A stretch of 41,190 nt of DNA from a virus. A program made the position numbers and the translations under genes. A model generated the notes under the pieces. It was not told where the DNA came from and made no database searches. It saw only the letters and a program-made list of their open reading frames with translations. The stretch is from positions 1 through 41,190 of the IMG/VR virus record IMGVR_UViG_3300045988_109834. One strand, 5' to 3'. Of this stretch, positions 15,927 through 23,432 are shown in pieces (within the stretch, counting starts at the first letter, position 1; each line of letters begins with the position of its first letter).

Positions 15927-17078
15927 ATGAAAGAATATATAACAGGGTTTGACCAGCTTTATGGATCAGCGTGGAAATGCCAGGCAAATGTAACCTGGAA
16001 GCCTTCGGTAAAGTCATTCATGTTAAATGCCGAAGAGAATATCCATAGAATGCACAAACAGACTCAAAGCGGTACCTGGAAACATGGAAAGCCAAGAAAG
16101 AAGATCATCACATACCCGAAGAAAAGGGAAGCCCTGAGCATCCCGTACAAGGACAGAGTGTATCAGCGCAGCATTAATGATAACTCCCTGTATCCGCAGA
16201 TGACAAGAAGCTTCATATATGCGAACTGCGCCTGCCAGACAGGAAAAGGTACAGATTTTGCCCGAAAACTGGTTAAAAAGTATATGTGGAATTATTTCTG
16301 CAAATATGGGAACCAGGGATACGTAATGCAGATAGATATTCATGGCTATTATCAAAACATGAAGCATGAGGAAGTAAGTAACTGGTTTGAAGCAAAAGTA
16401 GATCCAGATACTTACGAAATGTCAATGAGCGTACTGGATACACAGTACAGTGGAGACACCGGATATAATCCCGGAAGCCAGATGGTGCAGATTGCGGGCA
16501 TATCCTTATTAGATCCGTTAGATCACCATATCAAAGAACAACTCCATGCGCACTATTACATCCGGTATCAGGATGATTTCTGGATTCTTTGGTATGACTA
16601 CGAAGAATTGAAAAGTTGGTTTGAAATTATAAAGATAAAACTAAAAGAAAAGGGATTCGAAGCAAATGAGAAGAAATCCCGCATAACCCCATTGTCGAAA
16701 GGATTCCGGTTTTTGGGATTTGATTACAGAATGACGGAAACCGGAAAGATAATCATGACTCTGAACTCTCAAAACACAAAACATGAGAGAAAGAAGCTTG
16801 TCCGGATGACTCACAAAGTAGCCAAAGGTGAAATGGATGATTCCACAGTGGATGAAAACTTTAGATGCTGGAAGAATAACGCCAGCAAAGGGAATTCAGA
16901 GAAATTGATAAAACGAACAGAGAGATACTTGGAACGTCTCAGAAAGGAGCATTATGCAGTACCAGAAAAAAACATTAAGCCCACAGGAAGAGGCAGAAAA
17001 CGAGATCCTGAAAGCGGCTGTTGCAAGCCAGCAGGAAGAACTGACAAAAACAAAACTTCTTCTTCAGTATGTAGCTGA
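15927..17078 (+). CDS. DGR reverse transcriptase
   Basis: 383 aa with RT motifs KREALSIPYKDRVYQ, QIDIHGYYQNM, PGSQMVQIAG, YIRYQDD and FRFLGF. No maturase/endonuclease or intron features. Confidence 0.92.
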   Translation: MKEYITGFDQLYGSAWKCQANVTWKPSVKSFMLNAEENIHRMHKQTQSGTWKHGKPRKKIITYPKKREALSIPYKDRVYQRSINDNSLYPQMTRSFIYANCACQTGKGTDFARKLVKKYMWNYFCKYGNQGYVMQIDIHGYYQNMKHEEVSNWFEAKVDPDTYEMSMSVLDTQYSGDTGYNPGSQMVQIAGISLLDPLDHHIKEQLHAHYYIRYQDDFWILWYDYEELKSWFEIIKIKLKEKGFEANEKKSRITPLSKGFRFLGFDYRMTETGKIIMTLNSQNTKHERKKLVRMTHKVAKGEMDDSTVDENFRCWKNNASKGNSEKLIKRTERYLERLRKEHYAVPEKNIKPTGRGRKRDPESGCCKPAGRTDKNKTSSSVCS

Positions 17079-17151
17079 TATGACAGATGTTTACATTCCG
17101 GAAGAATCCGAAGAAACAGAGGAGGGAACAACAGATGAGCAAAATGTATAA
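16954..17151 (+). CDS. Hypothetical acidic coiled-coil protein
   Basis: 65-aa ORF with an AAGGAG SD. It overlaps the last 125 nt of the RT ORF in another frame, and its composition looks more protein-like than the RT tail. Confidence 0.4.
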   Translation: MQYQKKTLSPQEEAENEILKAAVASQQEELTKTKLLLQYVADMTDVYIPEESEETEEGTTDEQNV

Positions 17152-17275
17152 GACCTTGTTGCAGCTTAAAAAAATCTACAAAAGAGAAGCCTGGCTGAAA
17201 ATGGTAGAGCAGGCAAAAGAAAAGAATCGGATCACCGAAGAGGAATACAAGAAACTCACAGAGGAAGAATCATGA
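17135..17275 (+). CDS. xkdX: XkdX-family small protein
   Basis: 46 aa, MSKMYKTLLQLKKIYKREAWLKMVEQAKEKNRITEEEYKKLTEEES. The ITEEEYKKLT C-terminus is typical of PBSX XkdX. GGAGGG SD. Confidence 0.6.
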   Translation: MSKMYKTLLQLKKIYKREAWLKMVEQAKEKNRITEEEYKKLTEEES

Positions 17276-17373
17276 GCATTTTAACAGGCATATTAACATA
17301 CCTTGCAGGAGGAATCACAGGAGTCTTGCTTATGTGTATCCTCAAAGCAAGTAGAGAGGACGACGATAAATGA
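17272..17373 (+). CDS. Small membrane peptide (33 aa)
   Basis: MSILTGILTYLAGGITGVLLMCILKASREDDDK, with one TM helix. It is ATGA-coupled at both ends. Confidence 0.5.
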   Translation: MSILTGILTYLAGGITGVLLMCILKASREDDDK

Positions 17374-17579
17374 CAAAACTTCAGATTATCTCAAAACTCT
17401 GGTCCATCATCTTCGATCTGATTCTGATCATAAAAGGAGAATCAGATAAAACTCTCGAACAGATAGAGAAAGACGTAGACCTGGCAGAATACCACTGCCG
17501 GAGATACACCGATACAGACGATGATGAACTTCCAGAGAATATAAGAGCAGAGCCATTAAAAGACATATTGCCGTTTTAA
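17370..17579 (+). CDS. Hypothetical protein
   Basis: 69-aa ORF, ATGA-coupled, with a hydrophobic N-terminus and an acidic C-terminus. Confidence 0.55.
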   Translation: MTKLQIISKLWSIIFDLILIIKGESDKTLEQIEKDVDLAEYHCRRYTDTDDDELPENIRAEPLKDILPF

Positions 17580-17597
17580 AATTGCGCCGGCGCAATT
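17578..17597. promoter_or_regulatory. GC-core palindrome, copy 2 (AAAATTGCGCCGGCGCAATT)
   Basis: 18-bp perfect palindrome at 17580-17597. The 19-mer AAAATTGCGCCGGCGCAAT is identical to 39115-39133. Confidence 0.6.
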
Positions 17598-17617
17598 GCC
17601 GGAGAAAGAGTGAAACA

Positions 17618-17920
17618 GTGAAAGAAATACTCATACAGACATATACTATTGTATTACCGGTGCTTTTGGGCTATATCGTCTGGCTCTTAAAGAATCAGAA
17701 GAAAGACCGGGACGCAAACAGCAAAGGCACCATGCTCCTGCTCCGTACACAGCTGATTGAGTATCATGCGAAGTACATGAAACTGGGAAATATCCCTTCC
17801 TATGCCTACCAGAACTTCTGCGAAATGTATGAAGCCTATCATGCGTTGGGCGGGAATGGCATGGCAACCAAAATGAAACAGGAAATTGAAGAATTGCATA
17901 TTAAAAGAAAAGGAGAGTAA
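17618..17920 (+). CDS. Membrane-anchored lysis-module protein
   Basis: 100 aa from GTG 17618 (GGAGAAAGAG SD), with an N-terminal TM helix. The MRRRN N-terminus in the ORF track is read-through of the palindrome. Confidence 0.5.
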   Translation: MKEILIQTYTIVLPVLLGYIVWLLKNQKKDRDANSKGTMLLLRTQLIEYHAKYMKLGNIPSYAYQNFCEMYEAYHALGGNGMATKMKQEIEELHIKRKGE

Positions 17921-17922
17921 CT

Positions 17923-18255
17923 ATGGACGTAAATACAATGATGCAGTATGCAACTTATGGTCTGGCACTGATCGGAGGCCTTGCCTTCCTGGTGTCAATT
18001 ATCGTGCAGGTAATCAAAGAACTTCCAGGATTGAAGAACATTCCGACAAGTATTGTAGCTCTTGCGGCATCCCTGGTCCTGTGTCCGGTAGCATTAACAG
18101 TCTTATGTACATACATGAAGATTGTGATTACATGGTACTATGTATTTGCTTCTTTCCTTGCAGCATTCGTAGTTTACTTAGTAGCAACAGGCGGCTGGGA
18201 AAAGATAAAAGAGATCTGGGACAGAACAAAGTATAAAGATTCAGAGGGCGAGTAA
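17923..18255 (+). CDS. Holin
   Basis: 110 aa with three hydrophobic helices and a charged C-terminal tail (KYKDSEGE), directly upstream of the endolysin. Confidence 0.75.
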   Translation: MDVNTMMQYATYGLALIGGLAFLVSIIVQVIKELPGLKNIPTSIVALAASLVLCPVALTVLCTYMKIVITWYYVFASFLAAFVVYLVATGGWEKIKEIWDRTKYKDSEGE

Positions 18256-18278
18256 TCGTCCTCTTTTAGGAGAATACA

Positions 18279-19664
18279 ATGCAGAAAAATAATGTAGAGG
18301 TTCTGAGAAAAATCCTATATGCAGTAGAATCCGGAAATCAGATTTACGGAGAACAGGACTACTCGGCTTTCTCAGAAACCGGTGAGAACTGTGATAATGA
18401 GAAAGCAATCACAATCGGTGCCGGTCAGTGGTACGCGGATGAAGCGAAAGAACTGCTGCACAGGATCCAGAGAGGGAATCCAAAATTATTCAAGGATATG
18501 GATAATGAGAATCTGGAAGCTGATCTGCTTAAAAAGAGTTGGGACACATATACAGTGAGCAGGGAATCCGCAAAAGGCAGGCTTATCATTGATATTATCA
18601 GCACTGACCTCGGGAAGAAATGCCAGGATGATTATATGGAAGATCAGATTATCGACTACTCGGCATCTATTGAAAAAACATACGGAGAAATGCCAGATGA
18701 TGCAATGATGGAGTGCATCAATATTTTTCATCAGGGCGGTAACTGTGCATTGAAAAGAATTCTGTCAAAGACAGCAAGACCATATACAGCAGACAAGATT
18801 TATGTAACACTGTGCCGGGATCCGGCAGACCCGACACCGAACCAAGTAGGCGACTATGAAGGCAGACAGAAAGCGGTGATCAGCATGATTCGGAAGTATG
18901 CTGTGACTGCGGAAAGAAAGGAAGATGCGGCAATGACAAAGACAGAAAAAGCAATCAAACAAATGGAATCGTGGGCGGCAGACAACTCCCATGGGTATGA
19001 TCAGATATACAGATGGGGAGAAAAAGGAGATTATGACTGTAGCTCTGCTGTGATCAGCGCATGGCAGGCAGCAGGCGTTCCAGTCAAGACAAAAGGAGCA
19101 ACTTACACAGGCGATATGAAAGCAGTGTTCCTTTCCTGCGGCTTCGCTGATGTGACCAGCAAGGTTAACCGGTCGACAGGTTCAGGACTCCAGAGAGGTG
19201 ATGTGCTACTTAACGAGGCACATCATGTTGCAATGTACTGCGGGAATGGAAAAGAAGTAGAAGCATCTATAAACGAAAAAGGTACTGCGACAGGCGGACA
19301 ACCGGGAGATCAGACTGGAAAAGAATTCTTAGTCAGAAGTTATCGAAACTATCCGTGGGATTGCGTCCTGCGGTATCAGGAAAGCAACTCTGCCAGCGCT
19401 ACAACCACCGAAAAAGTAGCATATGTAGCCAGAATGAGTAAGGATACTCAAACCTATATTGATGCAGGAAAAACGAAATCTACGCTCTGGCCAAAGCTCA
19501 AGAAAAACACTCTGGTGGATGTGATCAGAGGAGCAACTATCAAAGATTCTGCCGGAAAGAAATTCTACCTTGTCCGACTCGGACATCCGACAGAAGGATT
19601 CGTCAGAGAATATGTAGCAGCAGGTAGTTTCAAGAAATTACAAAAGAACAAATCAAAAGTTTAA
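18279..19664 (+). CDS. Multidomain endolysin (lysozyme-like N-domain, NlpC/P60-type cysteine peptidase, SH3b-like C-domain)
   Basis: 461 aa. Peptidase signature: GDYDCSSAVISAW ... GDVLLNEAHHVAMY ... GGQPGDQTGKE. It follows the holin and has a strong terminator downstream. Confidence 0.8.
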   Translation: MQKNNVEVLRKILYAVESGNQIYGEQDYSAFSETGENCDNEKAITIGAGQWYADEAKELLHRIQRGNPKLFKDMDNENLEADLLKKSWDTYTVSRESAKGRLIIDIISTDLGKKCQDDYMEDQIIDYSASIEKTYGEMPDDAMMECINIFHQGGNCALKRILSKTARPYTADKIYVTLCRDPADPTPNQVGDYEGRQKAVISMIRKYAVTAERKEDAAMTKTEKAIKQMESWAADNSHGYDQIYRWGEKGDYDCSSAVISAWQAAGVPVKTKGATYTGDMKAVFLSCGFADVTSKVNRSTGSGLQRGDVLLNEAHHVAMYCGNGKEVEASINEKGTATGGQPGDQTGKEFLVRSYRNYPWDCVLRYQESNSASATTTEKVAYVARMSKDTQTYIDAGKTKSTLWPKLKKNTLVDVIRGATIKDSAGKKFYLVRLGHPTEGFVREYVAAGSFKKLQKNKSKV

Positions 19665-19736
19665 AGAGAGAAGATGCAATCTATATGTAGAAATACAACA
19701 ACTGAATTAACACGAAATTTTCTTAAAACATATGAA

Positions 19737-19757
19737 TAGCCAACACATAGCTAACAT
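19737..19757 (+). repeat. Two TAGC(C/T)AACA direct repeats (candidate integrase arm sites, distal arm)
   Basis: TAGCCAACACATAGCTAACAT. Same motif as the array at 19967-20011. Confidence 0.5.
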
Positions 19758-19865
19758 TTGGACATAAAATGCTTGAAAAACAGAGACTTTCAGTTTCCAT
19801 CGAGGAAGCTGCTAAAGCTGGCAAGTTCTAATTCATATAAAAGAAAATAAAGTGTAAGCGCGTTG

Positions 19866-19903
19866 AAAGTGCCGTAAACTCATGGGTTTGCGGCACTTTT
19901 GTT
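19866..19903 (+). terminator. Intrinsic terminator of the late/lysis operon
   Basis: 14-bp stem AAAGTGCCGTAAAC / GTTTGCGGCACTTT with a 6-nt loop, then TTTTGTT. Confidence 0.85.
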
Positions 19904-19966
19904 ATGTGGAGATAAAAGGTACGACTTTAGAACGAAACAGTCTCAAAAAGCACAAAAAAATTTGTG

Positions 19967-20011
19967 TAGCTAACACATAGCTAACACGTAGCTAACACAC
20001 GTAGCTAACAC
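19967..20011 (+). repeat. Four tandem TAGCTAACAC repeats (candidate integrase arm-type binding sites, attP region)
   Basis: TAGCTAACACA TAGCTAACACG TAGCTAACACACG TAGCTAACAC, located 45 bp from the 3' end of int. Confidence 0.6.
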
Positions 20012-20022
20012 TTTTAGACACG

Positions 20023-20049
20023 AAAAAAGCGGCAGATAAGCTCTGCCGC
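20023..20049 (-). terminator. Intrinsic terminator of int
   Basis: On the minus strand: GCGGCAGA-GCTTA-TCTGCCGC followed by TTTTTT, immediately after the int stop. Confidence 0.8.
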
Positions 20050-20055
20050 AGATCA

Positions 20056-21120
20056 TTATTTTGTAATTTTCTCCATCTCATTTTTCAGATCCTCCAGAGT
20101 ACGGTGGGTATACACTTTTTCTGTGATATCCCGCACTTCATGTCCAACAATCATTTTCAATATATACTCATTCATATTGACATCTTTTGCCTTTGTGATA
20201 AAGGTGTGCCTGGTATCATGTGGCTTATGATCCATTCCAAGCCTGGACATCACCTTTCTGAAACGTCCACGATATTTGTCATAAGTCAGGTGGGTACCTT
20301 GCTGACCGTCCGGATCATTGAAAAGGTATTCGCTTCCCATCCTGGTAGCCAGATTATAATTTTTGATGACCAATTCGGTCACTAATGGATGGATCGGAAC
20401 AACTCGGTTCTTTCCTGCGTCCGTTTTCAATCCTCCGGTGTAGGTCATGTTTTCGAGATTAATATCTGCAATCTTAAGCACAGCCAGCTCCTGCGGACGC
20501 CATCCAGAATAAATACCGATCAGGATCATATCAACAAAAGGAATTTCGAGATGCTGCCAGAGAGATTCGATTTCCTGATCAGAAAAAGGAACGCGGACGA
20601 TCTGAGGGGCAGCACGCTTAACTCCGTCACAGAGCTGCGCATAATCCTTATCAACAATCTCATGTTTCATAGCGTATTTATACATAAGATTAAATACACT
20701 CTTGATCCTGCCTTTTGTGCTGTCACCCACATCTGCATTTTTTATTGTCTGCTCCAGGTGCTCCACACGGATATCCTTCATTCGCATATCATACAGAGGC
20801 TTGCAGTATCGATACGCAGCAGTGACTGTTCTGGTACTGGAAGCACCGATTGTAGGAAAATAGCTGGCAGTCCATTTCTCATAAACATCTGAGAAAGTAA
20901 GAGTTTCAGCGTCCAGATCGTAAGGATTTTCGTTATAATGCGTCAGAGCAGTAATAGCTTCCTGCTTGGTAGCAAAATATCCGATCGTCTTTCGAACCTG
21001 CTTTGTTTTTTGACCTTCCTCATCAATGTTCCATTTCATTGTCTTAACTGCCATCCAGGGTCTTCGCCTAAAACGGTCTTTTAATTTATACACAGATCCA
21101 AAACCATTTGGTAGTTTCAT
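20056..21120 (-). CDS. int: Tyrosine site-specific integrase with an N-terminal AP2-like arm-binding domain
   Basis: 354 aa. C-terminal catalytic signature: HDTRHTF ... VGHEV ... VYTHRT. N-terminus: GSVYKLKDRFRRRPWMAV. Confidence 0.93.
   Translation of the reverse strand: MKLPNGFGSVYKLKDRFRRRPWMAVKTMKWNIDEEGQKTKQVRKTIGYFATKQEAITALTHYNENPYDLDAETLTFSDVYEKWTASYFPTIGASSTRTVTAAYRYCKPLYDMRMKDIRVEHLEQTIKNADVGDSTKGRIKSVFNLMYKYAMKHEIVDKDYAQLCDGVKRAAPQIVRVPFSDQEIESLWQHLEIPFVDMILIGIYSGWRPQELAVLKIADINLENMTYTGGLKTDAGKNRVVPIHPLVTELVIKNYNLATRMGSEYLFNDPDGQQGTHLTYDKYRGRFRKVMSRLGMDHKPHDTRHTFITKAKDVNMNEYILKMIVGHEVRDITEKVYTHRTLEDLKNEMEKITK
20367..20381. repeat. TGACCAATTCGGTCA, a degenerate copy of the 15-bp TGACCGAWTCGGTCA palindrome
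   Basis: The 20-nt string ATGACCAATTCGGTCACTAA matches 29773-29792 at 19 of 20 positions. It lies inside int. Confidence 0.45.
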
Positions 21121-21144
21121 AGCATTACCTTTCTAAAAAAGAGT

Positions 21145-21169
21145 ATAAAAAATACACCTTTGCAGGTGT
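21145..21169 (-). terminator. Terminator-like hairpin after the zinc-ribbon gene
   Basis: Minus strand: ACACCT-GCAA-AGGTGT followed by ATTTTTTAT. Confidence 0.45.
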
Positions 21170-21274
21170 GAAAAAATATGCTATAATTCTAACTGTCCAG
21201 GAAAGAATTGAGCACACAACTGCAAAGATTCTTAAAAGCCGTCTCTATTATCAGTAGGGGCGGTTTTATTATGA

Positions 21275-21571
21275 TTAATTATGAGATTTCCAATTTGACC
21301 GCATAATAAGTCCGACAATAAAATAAATACCGCCGGTACAGAAGCCAAACGTAATAATCCAGAACCAGCTCAGGTACCAAGGCATTTTCCGATACCTATT
21401 TGGAGTATAAGAAGTAGCGGACGCTGACGAGGCAGCAGACGCAGAATTATTAATAATAATATCTCTGCCAGTATTGAGCATCTCGACTTGTTTTCCACAC
21501 TTAGGGCAGACTACACAATCCGAATCAATTATTTCTCCGCAATGTTTACAATATTTAGTTCCTTGAGACAT
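21275..21571 (-). CDS. Zinc-ribbon membrane protein (lysogeny-expressed accessory gene; possible superinfection exclusion)
   Basis: 98 aa with CKHCG...CPKCG and a C-terminal TM segment, located between int and the repressor. Confidence 0.6.
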   Translation of the reverse strand: MSQGTKYCKHCGEIIDSDCVVCPKCGKQVEMLNTGRDIIINNSASAASSASATSYTPNRYRKMPWYLSWFWIITFGFCTGGIYFIVGLIMRSNWKSHN

Positions 21572-21627
21572 ACATTTCTCCTCCTTTGCTGACGTATAGT
21601 AAAAATGTTTTTGCTAAGAATAAAAAT

Positions 21628-21825
21628 ATGAAAATATTACTAAGTGAAATCATGTATAGCAAAAACATTTCAGTAAGGCAACTCTCAAACATGTCCGGAA
21701 TATCTAAATCCACGATCAACAACATCATGAATGAAACGTATTCCCCAACACTGGATAACCTTGAGATACTCGCCAAAGCATTAAAAGTGCGAATTACCGA
21801 TCTCTTTGAGTCGGAATATAAATAA
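21628..21825 (+). CDS. XRE-family HTH protein
   Basis: 66 aa from the ATG at 21628. The sequence ISVRQLSNMSGISKSTINNIMNETYSPTLDNLEILAKAL is a typical HTH_3 pattern. No clear SD. Confidence 0.6.
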   Translation: MKILLSEIMYSKNISVRQLSNMSGISKSTINNIMNETYSPTLDNLEILAKALKVRITDLFESEYK

Positions 21826-22024
21826 AAAGTGTCCAGAATTCTGGACGATTTTCCGTATCAGGAATTTCTTTCCTCTTTTAATAGTATAATTAGAAAAAAG
21901 GAGGAAAGAAGCATGAACGGAAGAATATTTTTCACAGAACGCTCTCCTTAAATCTTGCAATAGACGAATATTTGTTATAAAATAAAAAAACAAACATACG
22001 TTCGATAAAGGGAGGTACATAAAC

Positions 22025-22129
22025 ATGGGAAACGAAAAATACATTACTCTTATCATTGAATTAATCAAAAAAAATCAGTCTCGCGCAAAAGAAATCTATT
22101 ACCTCATTCTTGGATTTCTGGAAGGATAA
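22025..22129 (+). CDS. Small hypothetical protein (34 aa)
   Basis: MGNEKYITLIIELIKKNQSRAKEIYYLILGFLEG, with a strong AAAGGGAGG SD. TTGCAA-17 nt-TAAAAT promoter-like hexamers lie about 45 nt upstream. Confidence 0.4.
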   Translation: MGNEKYITLIIELIKKNQSRAKEIYYLILGFLEG

Positions 22130-22175
22130 TCCTCAAATCAAATAATCACGAAACTCCGGAAGGGTAGCCATAAGG

Positions 22176-22556
22176 CTACTCTTCTTTATTTTTTTCAAAT
22201 TTCTTAAATTCATTATAAATGTAATCCCAGTATTTATCCGGCAGATCCATCAGCATATTAATACAGAACTTCTTAAAATCATTCTGTTCGTTTCCCAACT
22301 TGCCGACCGTATTCAGATATCGCATATCTTCCGGAATAAACGCATTCTCAGGGCCGCCAGCTCCGGTTCGTAACCAGTCCTCATTCACTGCAAATTCACT
22401 ACAAATAGACTTAAGCATAAGATCTGTTAAATTTCTATTTCCATTTTCAATATTGGAAATAGTGGATTTAGAAACGTTACCAATACGCTCACCGAATTGT
22501 TCCATTGTCAGCTGAGCTTTTTTACGAACCAATTTGACACGTTCACCCTGCGTCAT
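22176..22556 (-). CDS. CI-like repressor (XRE HTH)
   Basis: 126 aa with LTMEQFGERIGNVSKSTISNIENGNRNLTD. It is divergent from the early operon. Confidence 0.8.
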   Translation of the reverse strand: MTQGERVKLVRKKAQLTMEQFGERIGNVSKSTISNIENGNRNLTDLMLKSICSEFAVNEDWLRTGAGGPENAFIPEDMRYLNTVGKLGNEQNDFKKFCINMLMDLPDKYWDYIYNEFKKFEKNKEE

Positions 22557-22626
22557 TGTCTCACCTCCTTCTCTGCTTATAAATCAAGAATACCACCGCA
22601 GTAAGCGAAAGTCAATAGAAAAAGTT

Positions 22627-22691
22627 TTCAAACGAAACAAAAATTAGTTGACAAAGTATTCAAACGAGAATATAATGTATTCAAAAGAAAC
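22627..22691. promoter_or_regulatory. Three operator-like direct repeats (A)GTWTTCAAA(C/A)GA
   Basis: TTCAAACGAAAC at 22627, TTCAAACGAGAA at 22659 (between -35 and -10) and TTCAAAAGAAAC at 22680 (just after -10). Confidence 0.55.
22648..22676 (+). promoter_or_regulatory. Early rightward promoter (consensus sigma-70 type)
   Basis: TTGACA (22648-22653), exactly 17 nt, then TATAAT (22671-22676). Confidence 0.8.
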
Positions 22692-22713
22692 AGAAAGTGA
22701 GGTGAGAAACACG

Positions 22714-22989
22714 ATGAGCAGCGAAAAGATAATCAAACCGATTATTACGGTAGAGAACTCAGGAAACCCAACAAGAGTAAAAATTCTCGGAGTCGACATC
22801 AGTACGGCTCTGACAGAAGTTAACTATTCGGCTACGGGATGCAACGATAGCCGAATAGGTCTGGAGATTTCAATTAGCAGGTTAATTGAAATCTTGACGG
22901 AAATTACGCCAGAGGACATAAGGAATGCACAGGAAATCCTTGCATCATACAAGGAATCCCGTGTACACCTCAAAGAAAATATTTCATAA
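22714..22989 (+). CDS. First early-operon protein, function unknown
   Basis: 91 aa from the ATG at 22714 (GTGAGGTGAG SD). The longer ORF-track start at 22648 coincides with the promoter -35 hexamer. Confidence 0.55.
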   Translation: MSSEKIIKPIITVENSGNPTRVKILGVDISTALTEVNYSATGCNDSRIGLEISISRLIEILTEITPEDIRNAQEILASYKESRVHLKENIS

Positions 22990-23261
22990 GAATTCTAAGA
23001 AAAAACGCGGGCCACGTTGGAACATGATTGATAGTTACATGAGCCTTAAGACTCTTTCACTAAACAAGCGGAGAGTGTGGAAAAGTCACCGCCTGTATAA
23101 GTGAAATACAGAAGCTTGTAACCAAGCTTTTCATATTTTTTAATCAGTACACTGGAATGCACTGTTTTATAAATTTTTATAATATCACCTCCTTCCCAAG
23201 AGGCGATTCGTGACCCGCAATCAAATTATATCACAGCAAATTAGAGAAGAGGTGAAATGGA

Positions 23262-23423
23262 ATGAAGAAAGAGAACCTTACAGAAGAAAAGATAAAAGAA
23301 AGATGGAAACAGATGGAAGAAATGAACGCAATCTGGGATGCTCTGACAGAAAGACAGAAGGGATATCTGGATGGATGCATGGCAACAGTTGCGGCACTGG
23401 CCGGACAGAAAAGAGCAGGATAA
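23262..23423 (+). CDS. Small hypothetical protein (53 aa)
   Basis: MKKENLTEEKIKERWKQMEEMNAIWDALTERQKGYLDGCMATVAALAGQKRAG, with a GAGGTGA SD. Preferred over the overlapping R/K-rich ORF at 23210-23461. Confidence 0.5.
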   Translation: MKKENLTEEKIKERWKQMEEMNAIWDALTERQKGYLDGCMATVAALAGQKRAG

Positions 23424-23432
23424 GGAGAAAAA

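Larger units (their letters stand above)
13914..17078 (+). mobile_element. Diversity-generating retroelement cassette (target-VR, hairpin, avd-like, TR, spacer, RT)
   Basis: The VR/TR pair has adenine-only mismatches, an RT gene lies adjacent, and a small basic ORF sits between VR and TR. Confidence 0.93.

Noticed and set aside
15927-17078. RT as a group II intron, retron or Abi-type RT
   Set aside because: There is no intron RNA domain structure and no X/maturase or En domain. There are no msr/msd-like inverted repeats. An adjacent TR/VR pair with A-only mismatches fits a DGR.
19967-20011. Short tandem repeats as a CRISPR array
   Set aside because: The units are 11-13 bp and contiguous, with no spacers. 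No CRISPR-like repeat-spacer architecture exists anywhere in the window.
23060-23200. Minus-strand GGAAGGAGGTGA Shine-Dalgarno followed by a 42-codon open frame (…VLIKKYEKLGYKLLYFTYTGG…)
   Set aside because: There is no ATG, GTG or TTG at a usable distance, only ATT or ATA. It may be a remnant of a decayed gene, for example a GNAT-like YEKLGY motif. It is not callable as a CDS.
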